DNA of 64,000 nucleotides from an uncultured Bdellovibrionales bacterium (GTDB lineage Bacteria; Bdellovibrionota_C; UBA2361; J135): NCBI GenBank assembly GCA_964523015.1, contig CAZFXN010000001.1, positions 76,423 to 140,422 of the forward strand, read 5' to 3'. Shown piece by piece: positions 57,663 to 64,000 of this stretch (position 1 is its first letter; each line of letters starts with the position of its first letter). The notes under the pieces were generated by a model. It saw only the letters and a program-made list of their open reading frames with translations, ran no database searches and was not told where the DNA came from. The position numbers and the translations under genes were made by a program.

Positions 57663-59063
57663 TTAATCAACTCGTTTTGATGGATCAGAGATAACAGCTG
57701 AAACACAACTTCCGCTATTAAGATCCACTCGTACCCTAATTGAGCCATACTGACTCTTATAGTTTGACCCGGTCAATGAGTAATCCTGCCAGTTAGTTCT
57801 ATTACCATTAGCAGTGCTCTTATAAGTAAGATTTTTTATCAATTGATTATTAGATGCTTTATACACCCTTACTTGAGAAATCTTACCAGTATACTGAGCA
57901 TGAGCAACAAAAACAGCATAGTGCTGGGTATCTGAATTTGGCTTCCATAGATTCCCCTCAAAGCCATCGGGCAATCCTAACGATCCGCAATTGGCAGGAT
58001 CTGAGCCTCCGCCATCACCATCTACACCACTATCCCCCCCACCGGCAAAGTTTTCAAATTTATTAATATTAATTTCATCTACTAGGATACCAGCAATTTC
58101 ACTCATTGAGCTTAGTGATTTTGTAGAGGGATTATATATTAAAAACTCACTTCCACTTTGTACTGCTATCTCCTCTCCAGGATCATTTGTAAAATCTCCA
58201 ACTGCCACCTCTCCATCATCATCTCCTGTCAAAGCTAATTTAACTCCAGCGATCTTTTTACCCTGCTGATTTCTAAATATGATGGATATAAAGTTACTTC
58301 CTTTTTTAGCAAATGCAAAAATATCTTTGCCATCTATCCCTTGAACAGGTAGCGGGCGTGCCGAAGAATTCCCTACATTAATAACTCTTTTCTCACCTGA
58401 ATTAGTGTTTAAAAGTTTGGCAAGATATCTTTTCTTTTTATTTATGTTCTCGGCGATTACGCCGATCCAATCTCCATCACCGTCAAGATCCATAAAGAAT
58501 GCCGCATCAGCAGCTTTTCCGAAAACAACTTCTTTAATTGTACCAACACCACTTGTAGTAAATGGATGTGGAGCAATTTTCCACCTTAGTTTCTTTTTTT
58601 TCTTCTCAACTACGATAGCATCGCTTTTACCATCTCCCTCTACATCTGCTCCGGCTACAAAGAGATCTTTATTTGTCCCAAATTCATAGGTTTTAACATC
58701 CCCTGATTGGTTTTTAATCCGCCAGGTAACTTTGCCTGTCTCACCATCCTCTTTTATTACTCCGATACTAAGCCCATCCCAATTTCCCATGATGATATGG
58801 TCGCCAGATTTACCGAAACTCCCATGAGAGCTAAGGGGACCTGAGAAATAGGAATATGGGTTCCATTGAAGATTTTTGTTTGTCTTAATCTCGATAAGAG
58901 TTAGATCAGACTTACCATCATAATCAAAATCACTCGGAATTGATTGAGCAGAGGCTAAGTTGCTAGATAAAGAATAGATGCAAATACACGAACAAATGCA
59001 TAAGAGAATGCACAAGAAAGTATAGCGAACTGCACGCAATGCGTGAAATTTAAAACTCATCAA
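57663..59063 (-). CDS. Secreted FG-GAP/VCBS-like repeat protein with a C-terminal domain shared with the lipoprotein at 38630..39172
   Basis: A signal peptide. Repeated DxDGDGKSD calcium-binding-like loops (DFDYDGKSD, DVEGDGKSD, DLDGDGD). A C-terminal GNLWKP... domain. Confidence 0.55.
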   Translation of the reverse strand: MMSFKFHALRAVRYTFLCILLCICSCICIYSLSSNLASAQSIPSDFDYDGKSDLTLIEIKTNKNLQWNPYSYFSGPLSSHGSFGKSGDHIIMGNWDGLSIGVIKEDGETGKVTWRIKNQSGDVKTYEFGTNKDLFVAGADVEGDGKSDAIVVEKKKKKLRWKIAPHPFTTSGVGTIKEVVFGKAADAAFFMDLDGDGDWIGVIAENINKKKRYLAKLLNTNSGEKRVINVGNSSARPLPVQGIDGKDIFAFAKKGSNFISIIFRNQQGKKIAGVKLALTGDDDGEVAVGDFTNDPGEEIAVQSGSEFLIYNPSTKSLSSMSEIAGILVDEININKFENFAGGGDSGVDGDGGGSDPANCGSLGLPDGFEGNLWKPNSDTQHYAVFVAHAQYTGKISQVRVYKASNNQLIKNLTYKSTANGNRTNWQDYSLTGSNYKSQYGSIRVRVDLNSGSCVSAVISDPSKRVD

Positions 59064-59301
59064 TGTACCTCGGACTAAAACTTATAGATAGACTACTTTG
59101 AATACACTTCACAGAATACATCTTCCCACGGCGCTTTACAAAGAAGCGCACCTCAAGATGTATTATCTCATTAGAGGCACATTTGCGCTACTAGAATCAT
59201 GAACATATTGTTTAGAACGCTCTAGGAAGTTTTATTAGATAGGAAGATAGGAGTAGTTGTTTGTAGATTTGGCAGCAGAATTGATTAATTATGGACAGTG
59301 A

Positions 59302-60132
59302 CTAGCTTTGCTTTCTAAAAACGACTAGCTTTTCACTAAACCTCTTTGTTGCCACTTCCTCATTTAAAGCAAAGAGATCTATAAACCAATCAAGTAACGA
59401 CATATGCATATGTTGCTGGAAATCAACCATTTTCTGTGTTTTTTTCTGATCCTCAAAGAGTCCAGTAACCAACTGATGAATCTCTAAAAGTGTCGCTCTA
59501 TTTGGATCGCCAGCTTGATCAACCGCGAATTTTCCACTTTTTACACCAGCTACTAATGTTGAAAGGCCTAATGCTGCTGCATCACTTACCCCTTTCATTG
59601 ATTTCCCTTCGTCGTAGCTTCCACTGTTAATTTTTTCATTGTTATTTGGCACTGAGCTCAGTTGCTCTGTCTTTGGTTGACCTAAAACCCTTATCCATTG
59701 GCAGTTTGGATTAGCCTTAACAACAGATTGCACGATTATATTAATAAATTCCTCTTTACAATAAGGCTTGGTAAGGATTCCGTGCGCCCCTGTAGCGGCT
59801 AAAATCTCCTCTTCTGTACTGCTGCCTTTTGAGATCAAAACCAGTGCTGTCTGCTCACACTTTTTAATTTTCTTAATCTCTTTTGAAAATTCAATAGCTT
59901 TTGGAGTATGAACAGATGAGCCTATAATACATGCATCATATACATCTCCACTTAATCTCTTTAGGGCATCAAATAGAGATTGGGCTTCAATAATCTCAGT
60001 AAAAAGCTTAGCTGCTTGGAGATCTTTTATGATGGTTTTTCTACTAGTAAAACTTGAATCAATAAGAATGCACTTAGGCAATGATGGGAGAGCTAATTCA
60101 TGATGTGCTGGCGTATTCATATTAGAGCTCAA
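59302..60132 (-). CDS. Protein with an N-terminal atypical receiver-like domain (hypothetical)
   Basis: KCILIDSSFTSRK...YDACIIGSS...GILTKPY resembles a degenerate CheY-like fold. There is no output domain. Confidence 0.35.
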   Translation of the reverse strand: MSSNMNTPAHHELALPSLPKCILIDSSFTSRKTIIKDLQAAKLFTEIIEAQSLFDALKRLSGDVYDACIIGSSVHTPKAIEFSKEIKKIKKCEQTALVLISKGSSTEEEILAATGAHGILTKPYCKEEFINIIVQSVVKANPNCQWIRVLGQPKTEQLSSVPNNNEKINSGSYDEGKSMKGVSDAAALGLSTLVAGVKSGKFAVDQAGDPNRATLLEIHQLVTGLFEDQKKTQKMVDFQQHMHMSLLDWFIDLFALNEEVATKRFSEKLVVFRKQS

Positions 60133-60291
60133 GCTATGAAATAATGCAGTTTGGAGTATTTTACTTTTTTTAATTTAGGTCTATTAGAATCGACAGCAAG
60201 TACAGCATTGCTTAAGAGGATTTTACGTTTAGTTTAATGTCTTTACTCCACATGGCTTAAAACGTAGTTATAGGCTATATGGTGCTAGTAT

Positions 60292-60717
60292 ATGTTTAAG
60301 TTTATGAACTATAAATCCCTTTATTACGGTCTAATCATTACATTCAGTTTTTTTGCATTTGCTTGCAAAAAACCAATTGTAGTTGATCCTGCTAATGTTA
60401 CCGCACTATGCGAGAAGTGGGAGGAGAGAAAGTGTCAGGGAGATTGTGAAAGTGGTCTTTTTGGTCACTGTTATCATGATCCAAAGTACCAAGCTTCAGC
60501 TTCCAAAAATCCGAGTTGGCAATGTTATGCTGTACATGTTGGCAGGACATGTACCCCGTGCGAAAGTCATTTTATGATTAACTTTCAAGGATCTTTTCAA
60601 CCGGTTAATTGCACAGATTTTTTTACTGCTATTGAGAAGAAAAATATTGAGTGCGGCAAATGTTTAACTATTATTACTGATGTTCCAGATCTTCCACAGA
60701 TGCCTAAAGAGCAATAA
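60292..60717 (+). CDS. Cysteine-rich putative lipoprotein (hypothetical)
   Basis: Signal peptide with lipobox FAFAC, and 14 Cys residues. Confidence 0.4.
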   Translation: MFKFMNYKSLYYGLIITFSFFAFACKKPIVVDPANVTALCEKWEERKCQGDCESGLFGHCYHDPKYQASASKNPSWQCYAVHVGRTCTPCESHFMINFQGSFQPVNCTDFFTAIEKKNIECGKCLTIITDVPDLPQMPKEQ

Positions 60718-60728
60718 TAAAGTCACTG

Positions 60729-61760
60729 ATGTTAGATCCAAGAGACCATAAACCAAGCACCATATTTAATGAATTATTAATAGCTGGATTAAGTGAAGCT
60801 AAGATCCGAAGATTACTTGGAGCTGTATTGGGGCGAGGTGATTATGATCCAAGCTCTTGGTCTAGCTCTGGAATATTAAAAAATAAAGAATCAAATTTAT
60901 TTGCAAAGCTTCCTACTCTAACTCTAGAAAAGAGTATTACCTCCCCAATTGATGGGTTTAAAAAACTATTATTTCGTACTTCAGATGGACTCGCAATTGA
61001 GTCGGTGATCATCCCTTTAAAAAAGGAGAAGTGTGTTACTGTCTGTCTCTCCTCACAGGTTGGTTGTGTTATGAACTGTCAATTCTGTGCAACAGCACGG
61101 ATGAAAGATCGCAGAAATTTAGAAACCTGGGAAATTATCGATCAATTTATTCAAACTAGGGCTGTTGCATCTACTGACAATAGAAAAATTACTGGTGTCG
61201 TATTTATGGGGATGGGAGAACCGTTTCTAAATTATCACCGTGTCATGGCTGCTGCTGAACTTCTAAGTTATCCTGTCCTTAATCCAGTTAGTGCAAAAGC
61301 TATCACTGTTAGCACTGTAGGATTAGTTGATAAGATCGATCAATTCACTACTGAAAAAAGGCCTTTTCGTCTCTCAATAAGTCTTGGGGCTGCGACTGAT
61401 GAAAAGCGTGCACTCCTTGTACCTGTTGCCGCAAAGACCCCTATTAAAGAGGTTATGGCTGCTGCAAAAAGATACTCTTTAACTAGAAAAAAGAGAGTTA
61501 TGCTTGCATACGTATGTATACATGGCGTTAACGTTGGAGAGGAAGATGCAAAGGCTCTGGCCGATCTAGTTTTAGATACCCCTGTAAGATTAGATCTTAT
61601 TGAGGTAACTGACAGTACCGGACGTTTTAAAAAACCTACTGATGACGAAATGAATTTATTTAGAGATGCACTTACCTACTATTTAAAACAACCTGTAGTC
61701 AGAAGGTATTCTGGTGGTGCAGATATCAATGCTGCCTGCGGAACACTAGCCGGAGTTTAA
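60729..61760 (+). CDS. rlmN: 23S rRNA / tRNA (adenine-C2)-methyltransferase RlmN (radical SAM)
   Basis: Has the CxxxCxxC cluster motif (CVMNCQFCATA) and an RlmN/Cfr fold. Confidence 0.9.
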   Translation: MLDPRDHKPSTIFNELLIAGLSEAKIRRLLGAVLGRGDYDPSSWSSSGILKNKESNLFAKLPTLTLEKSITSPIDGFKKLLFRTSDGLAIESVIIPLKKEKCVTVCLSSQVGCVMNCQFCATARMKDRRNLETWEIIDQFIQTRAVASTDNRKITGVVFMGMGEPFLNYHRVMAAAELLSYPVLNPVSAKAITVSTVGLVDKIDQFTTEKRPFRLSISLGAATDEKRALLVPVAAKTPIKEVMAAAKRYSLTRKKRVMLAYVCIHGVNVGEEDAKALADLVLDTPVRLDLIEVTDSTGRFKKPTDDEMNLFRDALTYYLKQPVVRRYSGGADINAACGTLAGV

Positions 61761-62524
61761 ACTGGAATTAAAGATAAAATACTACTGTGAAGTTTTTTAT
61801 TTGAGGCAACAAAGTATTGCAAGTTAAATCCATTCGGATAGAAAAGATCTTTATTTCCTTTTTCATCGCTTACTTCACCTCCGGCCTCTTCAATCATAAT
61901 GCTTGGAGCGGCAAAGTCATGAGCTCCAAAGCTTCCTAATCGCATAATTGCCCCATCAAATTCACTATTGGCAACTCCTAAAAATGCACGACCGGAATCA
62001 AGTTTATCTGTAAAAAGGTGTGCTCCAATTTTTAGGTCCTCTGCTCTACAGTAAAGACCTCCATCTTTAAAATCAGTCGAGTTAGAAACTTTGAGAGGCT
62101 TATCATTAAGGAATGCCCCCTGCCCTTTTTGAGCCCAGGCAAAAAATCCTTGAGCTGGAAAATACATAATCCCAGAAGTGGCTCGGCCCTTTTCACATCG
62201 ACCCATTAATATAGAGAAATCATCTTTACCCGCGATAAAAGATCTTGTGCCATCCAGCGGATCAATAAACCAGACCGGCTTATCAGCTCGTATTGTAGGA
62301 TCAAGCTCTGACTCTTCAGAAATTATCCCGTCATCAGGAAAGAGTTTTTTAAGTCCTGTGACCAAGAGATCATTTGCTAATAGATCTGCCTCAGTTACAG
62401 GAGTATCATTTGTTTTATTCCAAATTTTTAGATTCTGGTTACCACCGCCCGGCCAAAGAGTAAGTAGCTTCTCTCCGACCTCTCTAACCAAGGGAAATAG
62501 ATCTTTAAAACTGTTGTCGCTCAC
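61757..62524 (-). CDS. Inositol monophosphatase-family phosphatase (SuhB/CysQ-like)
   Basis: WFIDPLDGTRSF and WDSAAG-like motifs (FAAPSIMIEEAGG). Confidence 0.75.
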   Translation of the reverse strand: MSDNSFKDLFPLVREVGEKLLTLWPGGGNQNLKIWNKTNDTPVTEADLLANDLLVTGLKKLFPDDGIISEESELDPTIRADKPVWFIDPLDGTRSFIAGKDDFSILMGRCEKGRATSGIMYFPAQGFFAWAQKGQGAFLNDKPLKVSNSTDFKDGGLYCRAEDLKIGAHLFTDKLDSGRAFLGVANSEFDGAIMRLGSFGAHDFAAPSIMIEEAGGEVSDEKGNKDLFYPNGFNLQYFVASNKKLHSSILSLIPV

Positions 62525-62530
62525 TGATAA

Positions 62531-63436
62531 CTATATTTTATTAAAAACTGACTCTATTATCGGCCAGGTTTGTGGAAATGAGAAGGATGGATCTTTGTTT
62601 AATCCTTGCATTACAGCAATTTTAGATAAAAGGTTATAAAGCTCCTCTTTGCGGTTCAAAATTGTAACTTTAAGCTCACTTTCTGATTCAACATTTAAAA
62701 AGGTGGTTTTATGATTTTTTTCATCACTCCCCGCTTTTCTACCTTTTTCAGTGCCATATCGATCTAAATAGTCATCAATAATCTGAAAAGAGAGCCCTAA
62801 TTTAGCACCAAGATCTGATGATGTTGCTATTACCTCTCTCATTAATCCAGCACCGATTGCACCAAATGCCATGGTAGCGGAAAAAAGAGCTGCTGTTTTT
62901 AATGAATGAATCTTTAAAATTGATTCTTTATGGTCACTACCAACAAGATCTAACTGTTGACCATCACAAAGTTTAAGATAGGTCTCACTTAGTACCTGTA
63001 CAAATTGTATCTGCACATCAGGAGAATATTTATTATCTGTCAGTACATGATGAGCAAGCCCAACAAGATAATCTCCAGCTAGAATCGCTGTTGCTTCTCC
63101 GAATAACTTGTGACAACTCGGCCGACCACGACGCATATCGTCATCATCCATGGCAGGTAAATCATCGTGAATTAATGAGGAGGTATGCAGAAGTTCTAAA
63201 GATGCAGCAACTGGCAGGAGTTTTTTATAATTTCCACTAAAATCTAAGCAAAAACTCAAAGCAAGCAGTGGCCTAATTAACTTTCCGGCTGGAAAAAGAG
63301 AGTGCTTAATTGCAAAGACTAAAGGCTCAACAGGAGATTTTTCCTCTACTAATCTTCGCATCTCACTCTCGATCTCACCTCGGAGTTCTTCTGCTGAATA
63401 ATGACTATCGTCCATCTTAGATGCTGATAATGACAA
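62531..63436 (-). CDS. ispA: Polyprenyl diphosphate synthase (FPP/GGPP synthase family)
   Basis: The first DDxxD motif is LIHDDLPAMDDDDMRRG, and the second is FQIIDDYLD. Confidence 0.85.
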   Translation of the reverse strand: MSLSASKMDDSHYSAEELRGEIESEMRRLVEEKSPVEPLVFAIKHSLFPAGKLIRPLLALSFCLDFSGNYKKLLPVAASLELLHTSSLIHDDLPAMDDDDMRRGRPSCHKLFGEATAILAGDYLVGLAHHVLTDNKYSPDVQIQFVQVLSETYLKLCDGQQLDLVGSDHKESILKIHSLKTAALFSATMAFGAIGAGLMREVIATSSDLGAKLGLSFQIIDDYLDRYGTEKGRKAGSDEKNHKTTFLNVESESELKVTILNRKEELYNLLSKIAVMQGLNKDPSFSFPQTWPIIESVFNKI

Positions 63437-63453
63437 AGAGATATTTCCTCAAT

Positions 63454-63756
63454 TTAATTAGCTAGTATTAACTTTTTACCACGAATCATAGTAAAAATCA
63501 CCCAGGTTTCCAACTCCTCTTCTGGATAGCTCTGAGACTTAAGGCTATCTTTAATTAGAGTTGCAAATTTTTCACGACACCCCTGTGTGTCGAGCGATAC
63601 TTTCTCCTCGTAAGTTTCGACGACGAATTCAATCATAGCACCCAACCGCTTGGGGGACGGTAGTTCCAGCACCACCTCAATCAGATTCGGAACAACACAC
63701 CGAAACATTGGAAGCAGCGTCTGGAGAGTTGTGGCGATTATTTTAGCGTGATCCAT
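63454..63756 (-). CDS. Hypothetical small protein (100 aa)
   Basis: An ORF only. Confidence 0.35.
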   Translation of the reverse strand: MDHAKIIATTLQTLLPMFRCVVPNLIEVVLELPSPKRLGAMIEFVVETYEEKVSLDTQGCREKFATLIKDSLKSQSYPEEELETWVIFTMIRGKKLILAN

Positions 63757-64000
63757 ATTGATTCTATCTTCAAGACCAGAAGTGTAGCACGAATAGGCTG
63801 CCTAATGTTAAATTTTGCCGTAAAGGGCCAAGAAAATCAAGGTATTACTTCGAACTTAGCGGCCCTTATCGACAGGAATTATTTGTTATACCGATTCTTG
63901 AAAAAATTATTTTCATTGATATAGAAATATGATAGCATTAGGTATATACAGATATTCGGAGTTATCTATATGAGCAAACTGAAGAAAATCTCAACTAACA

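Noticed and set aside
2463-62639. Many 60-150 aa ORFs antisense to long well-supported genes (for example 2463..2648, 3900..4127, 5577..5924, 7636..7866, 8508..8804, 9280..9477, 9569..9820, 11098..11427, 12531..12831, 13276..13539, 16548..16730, 17744..17938, 19158..19382, 19928..20140, 20391..20603, 22369..22590, 24282..24602, 26129..26422, 27953..28138, 28247..28711, 34278..34493, 35636..35818, 37331..37873, 39969..40247, 41034..41386, 44158..44640, 45624..46413, 46992..47588, 48094..49189, 52378..53174, 54910..55149, 56095..56452, 56912..57318, 57854..58689, 60383..60577, 62178..62639)
   Set aside because: Each is fully embedded in, or antisense to, a longer ORF with clear family-level homology. 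None has its own domain signature.
1-64000. Scan for tRNA/rRNA genes
   Set aside because: I found no cloverleaf-compatible sequence (no GGTTCGAATCC-type T-arm) and no rRNA-like conserved blocks in any intergenic region.

Overview
This 64 kb window reads as chromosomal DNA from a low-GC bacterium (roughly 38-40% GC by eye) with short gaps between genes and frequent overlaps between adjacent genes. Several features (a type-2 IleRS, a futalosine-pathway radical-SAM gene, a sigma-28 gene next to type III secretion-like genes, many pseudogene relics) fit a host-associated, possibly Chlamydiota-like lineage, but I hold that only weakly. The core gene content is: ileS (type 2), argS, rnhA, a glutamine-dependent nadE, rlmN, an RlmI-like methyltransferase, an ispA-like polyprenyl synthase, pta, a fadJ/fadB-type multifunctional beta-oxidation enzyme, an MsbA-like ABC exporter, a CHASE-domain hybrid sensor kinase, an ECF sigma factor and a surface-polysaccharide locus (two epimerases, a pyruvyl transferase, a GT4 glycosyltransferase and a flippase-like membrane protein).

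The accessory and unusual content is:
- A gene-decay zone at 0.5-5.5 kb, holding a DUF4143 ATPase remnant, an Lrp regulator with no ATG start before its HTH, a PhzF pseudogene, a long ORF interrupted by an amber codon that ends in a HigB-type toxin domain, and a remnant of a second mqn-like gene.
- Four toxin-antitoxin-like modules: the HigB-domain fusion, VapBC, MazEF-like and DUF433/DUF5615.
- Two strongly GC-rich genes (about 50-55% GC) that look horizontally acquired; one is a glycine-zipper lipoprotein flanked by tandem repeats.
- A 1339 bp IS66-family relic with 8 bp target-site duplications.
- Two response-regulator-receiver-plus-HisKA proteins that lack an ATPase domain.

The two observations I rate highest are:
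1. A compact injectisome-type type III secretion gene set: SctJ lipoprotein, SctQ/SpoA, a needle/rod-like small protein ending in NFR, and SctV/FlhA. It sits immediately downstream of a sigma-28 (FliA-type) gene and lacks the ATPase, the SctRSTU export gate and the secretin.
2. A single ORF that fuses an N-terminal RRM RNA-binding domain to a complete ribosomal protein bS18.

I found no rRNA, no tRNA and no CRISPR array.
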